DNA of 52,309 nucleotides from Basidiobolus ranarum (Eukaryota): NCBI GenBank assembly GCA_040143965.1, contig JASJQH010006890.1, positions 1 to 52,309 of the forward strand, read 5' to 3'. Shown piece by piece: positions 39,645 to 52,309 of this stretch (position 1 is its first letter; each line of letters starts with the position of its first letter). The notes under the pieces were generated by a model. It saw only the letters and a program-made list of their open reading frames with translations, ran no database searches and was not told where the DNA came from. The position numbers and the translations under genes were made by a program.

Positions 39645-40615
39645 GTTGTCTAAATATCAAGGTCAAGAGTAACTATTAGTTGATAGAATCCAAAAAATGA
39701 GCACCGGTCGAATGAATTTATAGGATGAAAGATTTGAAAAGAAAACAAATTGAATGGATGTTTATGGTCAAATGTCTACTAAATATATGGACAAGTCTCG
39801 AGTTTTTTTTCATCCCTCAATGGTCTTGTTCCAACCCCAAATTAATCGGGAAGAGGGATCACCCGCTCTGAGTGGATGAGCGAGTGGATGGGTGAATGAA
39901 TGGAAAAAGTTCAATGGATCGGCAAAATCAATAAAAGTCACTAACCCGTTCTCTGCTTGCACAACAACAGTAGCAAATGACATACGCGGCAAGGTATATA
40001 TCGTAAGAAATCATGCGCCGGTGTGTAAGGCTTTGCTATAGAGATTTGCTTTCTGCTAACGAAACACCGAGGCACCGAAACCACATGTTGATTAATCACA
40101 TATTACGTTTGATGAAGCATTGTGTAAACAAAAAAACCTACTAATCGGTTCATCAGTCACCCAATTGATTGGACCATATCTATTCTATGCTACTTTAGGG
40201 GCCACGCACGAATATCCGATCGCCGGATTTGTTGTGCCACACTTTTCTACATCAACTAAGTAGGGCTCAAGACTGCATTTCAATGACGATGTCGCAAACA
40301 TTAGGAAAGTATTTGTCATGCCTACCTGAATAGGTGACTCATGTCATGCAAACTTGTTTTTCATGTCCAGGCTCAGAGGATATGATGGTAGAAGTTCAAA
40401 CTTGGCAGTTGGTGTAATAGTAAAGGAAGAGTTAGGATGGAAGCCTTTGAATCCATATTTACCCGTTTGCTATTTATCTTGAAGCGCTCTAGGCCTAAAT
40501 GGCATAGATTTCGGAAGAGACGGAGCATATCACATCTAATCTTAATCATTGCTATTAGTCGTTGTTTGCTGCTAACCATCGTTGGTTACTATTTCCATTG
40601 GTTGCATACGAAGAT

Positions 40616-40725
40616 TCCATTCCAGGTCGGACTGTCATTTGCTCTGATTGATTATTCTATTACATTGTTATCCATTCCAGGTCGGACTGTCATTTGCTCT
40701 GATTGATTATTCTATTACATTGTTA
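40616..40725. repeat. Exact 55-bp tandem duplication
   Basis: TCCATTCCAGGTCGGACTGTCATTTGCTCTGATTGATTATTCTATTACATTGTTA at 40616 and 40671. Confidence 0.92.
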
Positions 40726-40920
40726 TCATTGTTATTCTTATTCTGCTACATTGTTCTCATTGTATTCTTATTCTATTGTATTGGATATTGTATTGTCCGA
40801 TCAAAACGAACCTTAATCGAGGTGTCTATTCTAGGGTGCTATTTTGCTTCCAATGGATACGCATACTCTGAGATGTAGTAGTCATGAGTGGTGTTAATAT
40901 TGGGACACCAAAACATTCCC

Positions 40921-40957
40921 ATCAATTATAGAAATCAATTATAGAAATCAATTATAG
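40921..40957. repeat. 13-bp tandem repeat ATCAATTATAGAA x2.8
   Basis: Read directly from sequence. Confidence 0.85.
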
Positions 40958-41413
40958 GATATCGCATCAATTACAGGCATCAATAAGGGATATCTCATCC
41001 ATGATAAGCATCGATATAGGTTATCGGGGTATAAACAGTTCCTTTTTGCGAGATATATGTATCAAGCTTTGATTAACATAAGATTTGGAAGAGATATGGA
41101 TAAATATGAGGTTAGTTTTAGGCAATTCCGATTATAACTTTCTCCATTTGACTTAGTTGTGGTACATGGTTTCAAATCACGTAAGTACAATATGACAGTG
41201 ACACTGGCAGTGGCTGATGAAAGTGTATATTCTTTTTTCATGATCAACAGACAGACACATGATATTTTGGATTCATATTAGTATCAGAATGGCTGAGACA
41301 GCTGAGAAGGTGTGAATAAATGATGGTAAAAACAAATACACGAGAAACAGTAAAGGTGAGTAGTAGAAGCAAGCGGTAACAAAGAAATAACAAGTACAAC
41401 GGAGACAAATAAA

Positions 41414-43681
41414 TTATTGGAGTAGTTGTGCTTTTTGTGATAGTTTGTGTGGCTCGTTCAATAGATAAACAAGTTCACGTGTCTCCACTGAATCTAACAA
41501 TCGAACTGTAACTTTTCTGGCATCTCCAACACCCAAGCCCTAAATGAAGCAAATGAATTGAATATCGTACTTGTTGCACATTTTAAAATATCTTTACCCG
41601 TACCTTAACTAAGGGGAAGAGCTTGGAGCCAATCTCCTGTTTTCTGTCTGCCTCTGGTTTGGCGTCTAGGGATGCAACCAGCTTCTCTGCTTCAGGGCTG
41701 AGGGGAAACTTTTGAGTAAGTGAAGCATTCGAAGAGGGTGGCTGACTCTCAACCATTCCAAATGATTTTTTGGCTTCATGGACCTTATTGGCTAAGAAAT
41801 CGGGGTTTTGTAGAAGCTTAGCTCTCTCAGTCTTGGTTAGACCAAGTAGCAACTCCGTAATATCAGCTGATCTTTCTCTTTGAATGGCAGATATCAATTC
41901 GTGGAGTTGCTGTCTTTCAGCCTCAGGGCTAAGAACCCGGTTAGATTCATCAAAGGCACTGCTTCCTAATGACGTGCGGATTTCCAGGGCCTTGGAAAGG
42001 TATGTTAGAATGGATTCGAATATAAATATTAAGTGAGTTGATTACCTTCTCCTCTAGAGCGTTAGGGAATGAGAGAAGTAGAATGACATCATCGATCTTC
42101 ATCTTTAAAATCACTTCGTTGATTTTGGTAATTTCATGTTCAGCAATGGAGGACATAGTGCGTAATTGAGAAGTGAGTCTAGACCCCAAAATCTCATTTC
42201 TGGTCTGAGTAGAAAAAGAGGCTAGTAGGGTGGGGTTTAAGACGAGTCCATTATCACCACTGAAGCCTCCATCACTCTCTTCAATTTTACCTGAAGTGGA
42301 TGAGGTTGTACCAAATGTAGCAGAAAGTCTAGCTTCCCTAATGCTTTTGGGTTCAGCGATACACACGACAATAGGCTTTGAACGAATGATCCGTCCGTTC
42401 ATTTCAACCAACGCCTTGGTGGCATCTTCGGCGTTGCGGAAACTCACAAAGCCAAACCCTTTGGATTTCAAAGTACTCTCATTCATCATAACACGGGCGC
42501 TGATGATATGACCCAAGTGACGGAATTCGTAAAAGAGATCAGAGCTCATAATAGATGGATCAAGGTTTTTGATGTACAAATTGCATGGATCTAATCCGGC
42601 AATCACGGCAGCCATAGGATCTTTGTACTCAATCTGGGAGCTAGGAGGCGAAGTGTTGTAGTCAGCTTGATACTGTTGAGAAATGGACATGTTGTTGAAG
42701 TAATTGGTGAATTCTGTGGAGTCTGAGCTCGAAAGTGATGGGGTAGGGGGCTTGAAAAGATCAGCATTCAATCCAGGACGGCCACGCATACTTCCTGACA
42801 TACTGCCCATTCTGATGGAACCTCCGGGTTTTTTCTCTCTTGGTACATATTGAGTGAGCGAGCTAATATTTCGGTTAGTGAAGTGATAGAGAGATCAAAA
42901 ATCAAAATAATACCAACATTGTAGATCCTTTGTATTCAGCAGCACTCTATGTAAAGACTGATTAGATGAGTTTCAAACGATACAAAAACATGTAATTTAC
43001 CAATCTTTCGTAGGCAGCATTGGCATCTTCAATATTCCAATATTGAATCAAACCAAAGCCACGGAAAGTGCCATTCTCATCCATACCAAGTTTGCAAAGG
43101 TAGATATGTCCAATTTCACGAAACATAGTATAGAAAGATACATCATCGGCTTCAGGTGCCAAATGTTTGATCATAATAGTTTGACAAGGTGGTTCGATCT
43201 CCGTTCTTCCACTATTGGGGTCGAAGAAAGTCAAGCCCATCAATCCTTTGTGCGCCTTCATGTATGTGTTATTCATTGTAGCGAATGCTCTTTCAGCTAA
43301 AACGATAGATGTTATACATTTAGGACATAGAATAAGAAAAGAGAAATGAAGAAACTACATACTTTCGCGCGGGGTATTAAATTCAAGTATGCAGCCAACC
43401 AGAGATGTAGCATTAGATGGATAACGGATACTGAAACCAAACAAGTCAGTGGAGTTGAAATTATTAATAAGTAATATTGATTATTACCTTCTAGGATGGG
43501 TAGTCTTGAACATCGCTCTTAAATCGTCAAATGTTGCCGTTTGAGGAATAGTGCGTACGTAGAGTATATTCTCAGTGAAAGTAGGTATAGAGGGTTGCTT
43601 TGCGGAAGCAGAAAAGCATGACTCCAAGCTAGAAGCCGAGCCATTGGACTTCATTGATAGGCTGCCTTTATTGCTGTTCAT
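41414..43681 (-). CDS. RRM4: Rrm4-like RNA-binding protein (3 RRMs + C-terminal MLLE/PABC-like domains); about 7 exons
   Basis: RRM1 ENILYVRTIP; RRM2 FRGFGLIQY; RRM3 DPCNLYIKNLDP..GHIISARVM..KSKGFGFVSF..EPKSIREARL, resembling Ustilago Rrm4 RRM3; MLLE-like RNEILGSRL, DITELLLGL, RKQEIGSKLFPLVK/GLGVGDARKVTVRLLD; stop 41414-41416. Confidence 0.85.
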
Positions 43682-44112
43682 TTCCTACGTTATAAAAAGA
43701 ACTTTTAATTACCAGTGCTATATAGCAACATCTAAAATAAGGGTACCTTGTAAGTATGAGTAAGCATAGCAACTTTTCAGCGATAGAGAGGTGTATTAAT
43801 AAGAGGGATAAAGTTGAAAGTGGTAGAGTGTGAGAAGTGCTGAAGTAAAAGAGAAGAAGTCACTGGCTTGAAGGAAGAGAGCAATTTAAGAAGTTGTCGC
43901 TTAACAATACTGTGCACCTTATTTGTATCCCGAGGAGGACGAATATAGGAAAATATAATTTAAAAAAGGGGGGAAATAATTAGGTGATTGGTGGGATCCA
44001 ATAAAATTAAGAGGAAATTGGTAGGTATTTCAATTAAATAAGTGAAAGTAGTGTAAATAGGAACAGGAATGGAAAACACATCAAATCAAAGCAATAAGCA
44101 CAAAAGTAACAC

Positions 44113-44156
44113 CACAACATTAAGATGGGAGCTACACAACATTAAGATGGGAGCTA
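44113..44156. repeat. Exact 22-bp tandem duplication CACAACATTAAGATGGGAGCTA x2
   Basis: Read directly from sequence. Confidence 0.9.
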
Positions 44157-44715
44157 CATATATGATACCAATAAATTCAGTGACCAATCTCTACTATTGG
44201 CTGCACTGGCAGTAGAATTGCTGAATCGTACATCACAATATTGAATGTCATCTCTATTAGAAGTTACTCTCAGGATTGCTGCAATAACAACGATGTTTTG
44301 ATTACGGTGCTTAAGGATTCGAGGTCCGAATTCGGTGCAGTCGATCTCCTTTTTAAACCATTCATCCCTAGAATGCGGATGTGAAACTAGCTTCAACACG
44401 CAACATGTTCACCTAGACCATCCCCTCAATGCCCTGCAGGACTAGCAAGGGAAGCCTTAAATATGCGTAAAAGTAAGAGAAATACCAAATCAGCTGAGCG
44501 CAAGTGAGAACAACGGCAACTGTGGCTTAGGTTACATTGCCTGCTTCTGAATTGGCATCATACTAGTTAGGAATTGGATCAATCACAATGGAGATGTAAA
44601 AGGATTATTTCAGATCTGAGTTTATTGTAATAACGAGTGAATAATTTATACAATGGGAAAAGAATGGTAATACCAAATTCAATGCCAGGTTGAAGATATT
44701 GGCGATATTAAAAAC

Positions 44716-46324
44716 CTAGTTGGATAAACTCTTGAAATTGGCAGTGGTCACACTCTTAGGACGCTCAATAGGCATACCTAATGCGCGGTCCCAGATGAGC
44801 TGGGTGAGGACACCAAGGGAGCGGGAGACACCAAACAAAACAGTGTAGAAATCCTGCTCAGCAAGGCCGTAATGCTTGAGTAGAACACCACTATGGGCAT
44901 CAACGTTGGGCCAAGGGTTCTTGGTTTTACCATGCTCAGTCAGAACATCGGGCACAACCTTGTATAACTGACTAACCATCTTAAATAGTGGATCATTAGG
45001 CAAGTGCTTCAAAGCAAATTCACGTTGGCAGGTATACCGAGGGTCGGTCTTACGCAGAACAGCATGTCCATATCCCGGAACAACCTGACCTGATTTCAGA
45101 GTCTTCCAGACATACTCCTTAATAGTTTCATCACTCACCTCATCGCTGCCCAGCTCATCACGCATTCTCATGATCCATCGAAGTACCTCCTGATTTGCCA
45201 GTCCATGAAGAGGGCCAGCAAGACCATTGAGTCCAGAGGCAAAGGATAGATATGGGTCGGAAAGTGCGCTACCTACAAGATGAGTCGCATGAGCACTTAC
45301 ATTTCCTCCTTCGTGATCTGAATGAATTGTCAAATAAAGACGCATCAATTCAACGAACTCCTTATTGTCACCAAAGCCTAGGACTGTGGAGATGTTTTGA
45401 CCATAATCCGCATCACGACTAATGTTAGGCATCTGGCCATTCTTAAATACATTTTGGTAGATTCGACCTGCAATATTTGGCAGTTTGGCTATGAGATTCA
45501 TTGAATCCTCATATGTGTATTCCCAATATTTACTTTTGGGAACACCATCCTGATATGCTTTCGCGAACTCGCTTTCACTCTGAAGTGCAGTCACTGCTAA
45601 AGAAAATTGAGTCATAGGATGCACGGTTTTAGGAGTGTTATCAAGCAGATCCTTGACGAATTGCGGAACCTCAGCACGAGCAGCCCATTCAGAGGACAAA
45701 TAGTTGGCCTGTTCAGTAGTTGGGACTTCACCAGTAGCTAATAGCCAGAAAAGACCCTCAGGCAATGGTTCGTTTCCAGTAGAGGCAGACGGAAGTTGTT
45801 GTTGGCATTCAGGGATGGTCAAGCCACGGAAGCGGATACCCTCCTCAGGATCTAATAAAGATCCCTCCCAAACAAGACCTTTGATCCCACGCATACCACC
45901 ATACACCTATTTGAAATGAAAGTTTAGACAATAGGATAGTGTGAATTTCTTCATTATGATCAAAGAGTACCATGTCTACGGTGACATTTCCCAAGACTTT
46001 AGAGCCATGCTCTTTCTTGATTCTCTTGACCTCTTCTTGTCTTTCAGGAATCAATTGGGCAAGTCTATCTTTTAAGTTCTACAATAAACAGTCAATTCAG
46101 TAAGAAAATTTAAAGCTAGAATAATGAAGAGTATATACTGTAGTGGATTTGTGACGTATGAAGTTTGTGGAAGTGGCTACGGCTAGCTGACGACGAACAG
46201 AGAGCTAATGGTTATCAGGTACGGTTAGTAAAACACAAGCCACCTAAAATCAGCCATGTGCATAAAAAGAGTAGAATAGTACCTTTAATACAGTAGAAGG
46301 AAGAGAATTACGGAGTAGAGACAT
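44716..46324 (-). CDS. CIT1: Mitochondrial citrate synthase; 4 exons
   Basis: Presequence [77 protein letters not shown]. Confidence 0.97.
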
Positions 46325-47448
46325 GATTGAGAAAACTAATACTTGACTGCTTTTGGCATCAGCGTCTTTTATACGAACATAGGATAGGTACTCTCCCCTT
46401 ACTTTGTCGTCACACATTCACCCACAACTAGCATTCTCCCCCCAAAAACCTTCAATAAACAAACCAGTAATATCCAAGCCAAATGCGCAATATCAAGTTA
46501 GTAGTTTATGTCATGGTGTTCAGATGACGCTTATTTTTCCTATACTTGTATATCTTAGAGACTTAGCAATTATCGTATTTTTGAAATCCTTAGCGCTGTA
46601 AAGAAACGCCATTGGGCTAAAGAAACTGGTTGGTCAAATGTAGACACACGTGATAACTAGCAATATATTAATGATGTGTGCTTGGAGATTTAAGCTGAAA
46701 ACCCAAACTTGCTTCTACAAAAGGAATCAATGTTCACATCGCTTTGTCTTATTTGCTCGTGGACGATATCCGGGATTAGTCATGCTAAATTCATCTTAGA
46801 TTGCAACTGTCTTGAAACTAAAGACCTCAGCAGATGCCTTTGCCAATCGGGAGTTGACTGCTTTAATGTGCTTATTTATCGTAATTTGACTGTCTTTGAC
46901 GACGGATTAGCAAGATTTAATCACAATTGCATAAATAGCATAAATACTAGCTTGCACGATATTTGCGATAAGAGAACCAGTATTATTGAAGAGCATATGG
47001 ACCTTTTCTTACACTGAGCGGCATCCTAAATTGCAGGTCCGGAACAAATTCATATGCAATACTAAGCTTCTAAATTCGAGGTAGTCAAATAGTGAATGGT
47101 GGCTTAACTGATCGATGCAAGTATAAGATAGTATTCTAATACCTCCGGATACGTCACTGATACCTTTCGGGTGCTGATATAGTCTGGGTAAAAGTTAGCT
47201 GATATACTGTTTACGCACTGATCTTGATATATAGTAATTCATCTTGTAACAAATAATCCGAATTTATGTATGTGACTAATTGGTTACGTGGTTTTGTGTC
47301 TTTGCCAAGCTTGTAATATCTAAAGTTGCTACTTATTTCCTTGACTGGTTGGCCTTGGTATCTTTTGAACTAGATTTTTATATCATTGGCGGTGAAAACA
47401 TAGTTCGAATTTAAATCTTAAATATTATCAAGTATCATTGACCGGTGG

Positions 47449-50013
47449 ATGATGGTCAAGTTTCAACTAAATCCAAACGAACAAAATTCTGGTCCAAGTA
47501 ATCAGCTTGAGGGGGGACGTGCAGGAAAAAGTCAACAAGAAATTGAGGATGAAATCTTCGAAGAACATTCTGCTGTTAGTGAGCGCACACCACTTTTAGC
47601 GACCTCCAAAGATGCTCCATTGTATTCCGATACTACACACGCACGAGCTGGAGCTTCAACCAACGGTTTATCTTCAACTCAAGATCCAGTCCTGCCAAAG
47701 CACCCAGAATTTTTAAAAGTTATCAAAAAGTGGTGGCAAGATTTATCTACTGTAACAAAATGGGTTATTATAACGACAATAATCTTCGTCTTTCAGCTGC
47801 TCTTCTTCATTATTTCATTAAAAGTTGTCGCCCCGATAACAACTCGAAATGCAATCGAGCAAGCTGAGCTCGATTTTAACTCCATAGAAGTAAAAACTAG
47901 TGGCTCTTCCTTCTCGATAACTGGTAATGCCACAATAAGTAATTTGGGGAACGTGAAAATCACCTCAGACCCAGTAGATTTGGATGTTTACTATCTGAGC
48001 AACCTACTTGGAAATATAGCTTTGCCTTCATTGACCCTCTCTCCTCAGAATAATCAATTTCTTATCAACTCTACTTTACATATTCTTCAGCCTATCGTTA
48101 TGGAGAAATTCGCGAATGATATGATTTTTACCGATTCTCTTGAATGGGACCTACAAGGAAAGATGAACTTCTACTCCAAAGCTGCCGACATTAAACAATA
48201 TTCTTTAAATAAGAAAATCGCTTTAACAGGTGATAAGGGATTGACGGACACTTACATTGTGATTTTTACTAATCGACTTTAACATTGCTAATCGTAGGAT
48301 TTAATGGTGTAAAGGATATACAATTGAGTACCTTCAGCTTAAACTCTGATAACTTTAACCATGGCATCAGCTTTCTGGCTGGGCTATCATTTTGGAATCC
48401 ATCCAACGTCACCTTGCATCCTGGAGATTTGGCCTTTGGATTGTATTACCAAGGCTTTCAAATTGCTCATGGATCGACTGTAGACCCCGTTGTTACACCT
48501 GGGGAAAATGAATTGATTATATCAGGAAACATGGCTAGTATATCGGATGACACTGTATATATGACTGATTTCCTGAACAGGTATCTGAAAGGGGACTTGC
48601 TACAGGTGGAAGTGAGAGGGCTCGATTCAAAATCCGCTCCTTGGCTTCATAGAGCTCTTCAAAATATTCAAACTAAGGTTCAGGTTCTAGGAAAGCCAGA
48701 GCCTATATATATTACCGATATGTCTCTTGCAAACACGAGTATTGAATTTGATGATGAAGGTTACGCGGTTTTCTTGAATGGTGTCTTAGAAGCTACTCTT
48801 AAGTTGCCAACGGTTTTCAAATCCCTTCCCATACGACTTAAGCAAACATCTGAAGTTTGCGTCTATAGACTTGAAAAATGTGTACCATTTGCTAAGTTTT
48901 ACATTCCATCGTGTTCCATGGAGACTGTTGCCGAGAATGGCTTTACCTCCATAAAAGCCGAACTAGCAGAGATCCGACTAGTTGCTCTGCCAGAGGCTCA
49001 AGAAGAATTCTCGCAAGTAATTGAAGAATTTTTCACCAGCGACAATCTTATATTTCAAGTTACTGGTCACACCACCATCACAACTGAGACCGCCATTGGC
49101 TTGTTGGACTTGGAACTGGACTCTTTTACTGAGTTTGTGGATTTAAAGGGTCTCTTTGCTCTTCAACACCCTCCCATACATGTCGAAAATACTCAAATGT
49201 CAAAGGCTTCTCAAGATCTTTCATTCGAGTCCAAGGTGATTTTACATAGTAGTAGTAATGTATTGGTGAAGTTGGGGCCGGTCATGCTCGATCTTATGTA
49301 TTCGGATATCAAGATTGGCGAGACATGGATACCAAATTTACAAATCCACCCTGGAGAGAATAGTGTTGATGTCTATACTCAATTAACCATCTCAAATGAT
49401 CCTCAATTAAACCACACAATCAATGAGATGTTTTCACAGCATATACAAGGTATTCTAATAGTTCTTTAGCTCCTTTTTTTGAACATAGGCTAATGATTTG
49501 AATTCAGGTGTTGATTTAACTTTCACGGTTAAGGGAACTAGTGACTCTAGTGATATCGAGCCATTGAGCCGGATTTTACAGCAATATTCGCATACGTTTA
49601 CCATACCTGGCTACAGCAGAAGCTTGGTTGAGGCAACCGCGTTCCATATGTTTTTTGGGTCCATCTCCACTCAAATTACCAACCCCATAAAAGAACTTCC
49701 GCTTAAAATTCGCGCTTTAAATAGTACCTTGACTATTGAAAACCACAAAGTTGGCGATGTAAATGTTCAATTTCGTGAGGATTCTTGGTTTACGCCCCTC
49801 AATATACCCCCAAATAAGAGCTCAAGGACTCCTCGACTCCCAGTCTCGTTCACTGAAGATGGCCATAAAAAACTAAAAGCGAATCAGGGAAATGAAGTGG
49901 AATTAGATATTGAAGCTAAAATCCAGGTCGAAGTAAACAAAGTGCAACTTTTCTTGACGTACAAGGAATCCGGTATCGTGACTAAAGTGAACGGTTGGTT
50001 TTTCAGTGAGTAA
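47449..50013 (+). CDS. Single-pass membrane protein with repeated DUF3712/LEA2-like beta domains (Tag1-like, probably vacuolar); 3 exons
   Basis: Cytosolic acidic dileucine ERTPLL, TM WVIITTIIFVFQLLFFIISL, repeated NPSNVTLHPGDLAF..VTPGENEL and SSSNVLVKLGPVML..IHPGENSV; introns near 48230-48297 and 49450-49508. Confidence 0.75.
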
Positions 50014-51331
50014 TTCAAACACCGTTTGGAGGCTTGCTTGACATTATTAGTTCGGTCATCATTTGTATTAATTCCTTGCTAAATATTACTTGATTTTTTC
50101 TCTTTTATAAACCATATATCCCCATTGTGTCATGATGATCTTTACTTTTGGCTATTACATTTAGTATATTGTATTTCCAAGTGCTGGATTGACTAGTGTG
50201 TACGATAGTTAGCTAGTTAAATGCGTTGAATAAGTTAGCTTAAGCACCTAACATACATTGGTTCAACAATACGATTGAGTAATAATCTTACTACTCGGTC
50301 ACCACTATCACATTGATCAAGTTATCAGTATAGCAGTGATCGGTTGGTAAATAACGATGGTTCATTTATGAGTCTTTTATCACACTAGCCTAAATAAGTT
50401 TGTGTTCCAGGTTTAAGTCAATCGTTTATTTCATTAGAACAGATACCAACTGATACAAATATTCTGCGAATGTCTCGCTTACTAAAGTATCAGTTACATA
50501 GATATCATATTAGCCATAGAAGTGCAATACAACCGGAGTTATCAATGGATTACAGCCAGGGTTCAATTTCGTCTATTGGGCAGCTAGCAAGCGTTGAGAC
50601 TTGGCACGAGTAATTTTTACTACTCAAGTTCTTACTACCGTAGCCAGAAAACACAATACCCTCAATCATGCAAGCATCAATGGTCAAGAAAATTTAGATC
50701 TCGGGTATCAGCATGGCTCTAACTTTGAAGTCGAAGGTAGCCCTGTGAGATCTGACCGAGGAGAAGAATGATAGTAAAGATGCACCAGGACTCGATAGTA
50801 CAAGTTCTGTAGATACTGTACTCTTCGACCTACCCTCACAGGTAGTAAATACCCTTGACCAGTCATTACCTCAGCAAGCGCTACCTGATCAAGTCCAAGA
50901 GAATTCAGTACAGGGAGGTCATGCTCTGTCCAATTCAGATCAAACACTAACTATCCGAAAGCAAAGAAATCTCTCAGATACTTGGCTTGATAACAAACAG
51001 AGATTTTCATAAGAAATAATTGAATATATAGAGATAGAAATAACAAATATGATTGAGATTTTAAACTTCAACACTCCTCTAAAATTTTGAAGAATATGGG
51101 CGCAACTTCAAATCAATGAGATTTGTGAAAATTGGAGTTTTGTAAAGAATTGTCAAGAAATCATACCATTGATCACTATTGAAAATAATGGTGGCTTCAT
51201 TAGAGTTTTCTTAATCATATAGCTTACTTTATAGTGTATGAAATTGCTATATACTCAGTTTCAGTCATTAAAAGCATTATTTCGATCAATAGACAGAAAC
51301 CTCCAGGAGAAAAAGAACTGCCCCTCTTGAT

Positions 51332-52309
51332 ATGACACCAAATCAATTCTTCCCTGCGCTTGCTGGTGTTTTTGTACTGAATGGATTTGCTAATTTTGGG
51401 CAGGTAGTAACAACGAAGCTAGCTTCCGAACAAATCACAGGTCGTCTTCGTAACAATCTTTATCGTAGTATCATGAGCCAAGAAATAGCATTTTTAGATG
51501 CTACGCGTAGTTCTGATCTAGTCAGTCGATTGACTTTAGATACTACTGTAGCGGCTAAAACTGTGACTAGTAATTTATCTGACGGATTGAGATGTTTAGC
51601 CTCAGCCATTGTAGGCTTCGGTATGATGATATATATTTCTCCTAAACTTTCGTGGACCATGATGGGATTTGTCCCGCCATTTGCTGTTGGAGCAGCCATG
51701 TATGGTAGACAAGTTCAAAAGCTTTCGCGCTCAACTCAAGATGCTCTGAGTGATATTAATGTGACCGCTGAAGAACGCATCAGCAATATACGTACTGTTC
51801 GTGCTTTTACTAAAGAAGACGCGGAGGCTCAATTCTACGAAAGTCAAGTCAACAACATTCTAAAGTTGGCAAAAAAAGAGGCTTACGCTAGTGGAATCTT
51901 TTATGGTGTTGCTGGTATGTCAGGAAACTTAAATTTTTTGGCGGTATTATCCATGGGAGGTATCATGGTTCTCAATAATGAGATATCGATCGGGACATTA
52001 TCTTCCTTCCTCATATATACATCCCATGCTGGTTATTCCATGATGGGATTGACTTCATTCTTTGCAGAAACTATGAAAGGCTTGAGTGCTTGTACCAGAC
52101 TCTTCCAATTACTAGAGCGTAAACCTGATAATTTAGTAAATGGTCAACAGACCATCCCTGGGCTTAAGGGGAAAATCGAATTTGAGAATGTCGATTTTGC
52201 TTATCCTACTCGCCCTGACCATCAAGTATTCAAACAACTTAGCTTCACTTTAAATGCACACTCCGTTCCTGCCATCGCTGGGGCGTCTGGTGCTGGTAAG
52301 ACCACTTTG
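51332..52309 (+). CDS. ABCB half-transporter, Mdl1/ABCB10-like; runs off the window, N-terminus apparently missing
   Basis: Open frame MTPNQFFPALAGVFVLNGFANFGQ..RLRNNLYRSIMSQEIAFLD..NLSDGLR..AEERISNIRTVRAF..GKIEFENVDFAYPTRPD..Walker A GASGAGKT at the window end. Confidence 0.88.
   Translation, partial: MTPNQFFPALAGVFVLNGFANFGQVVTTKLASEQITGRLRNNLYRSIMSQEIAFLDATRSSDLVSRLTLDTTVAAKTVTSNLSDGLRCLASAIVGFGMMIYISPKLSWTMMGFVPPFAVGAAMYGRQVQKLSRSTQDALSDINVTAEERISNIRTVRAFTKEDAEAQFYESQVNNILKLAKKEAYASGIFYGVAGMSGNLNFLAVLSMGGIMVLNNEISIGTLSSFLIYTSHAGYSMMGLTSFFAETMKGLSACTRLFQLLERKPDNLVNGQQTIPGLKGKIEFENVDFAYPTRPDHQVFKQLSFTLNAHSVPAIAGASGAGKTTL

Noticed and set aside
40373-40878. Hydrophobic ORFs 40437-40706 and 40648-40878 as membrane proteins
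   Set aside because: They arise from a T-rich region and the 55-bp duplication.

Overview
Eukaryotic, gene-dense, AT-rich DNA with short GT-AG introns (mostly 50-120 nt). Gene content (FANCL, MUL1-like, RSPRY1, WDR83, Rrm4, Ups1, group I truncated globin) points to an early-diverging, non-Dikarya fungus (Mucoromycota/Zoopagomycota-like; inference). About 26 protein-coding loci were reconstructed by manual splicing, several of them absent or fragmentary in the ORF track (UBX protein, Ups1, Ubc1, ABCB transporter). No rRNA, tRNA, CRISPR array or recognisable transposon was seen. Main finding: a 9-exon gene (15748-18610, about 713 aa) that joins a trihelix/Myb-SANT-like DNA-binding domain, through an S/P/H-rich linker, to a full glutamine-synthetase-fold domain in which three of the six metal ligands are replaced. 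It is a candidate pseudoenzyme-based one-component transcription factor. Other leads: an intronless 2/2 haemoglobin divergent from an output-less tandem-PAS gene, a Myb protein with a mitochondrial-type presequence, two TATA-driven micro-proteins, a secreted protein with aromatic hairpin repeats, micro-exons splitting catalytic motifs, and frequent AAG splice acceptors. All family assignments are by eye and no database search was run.
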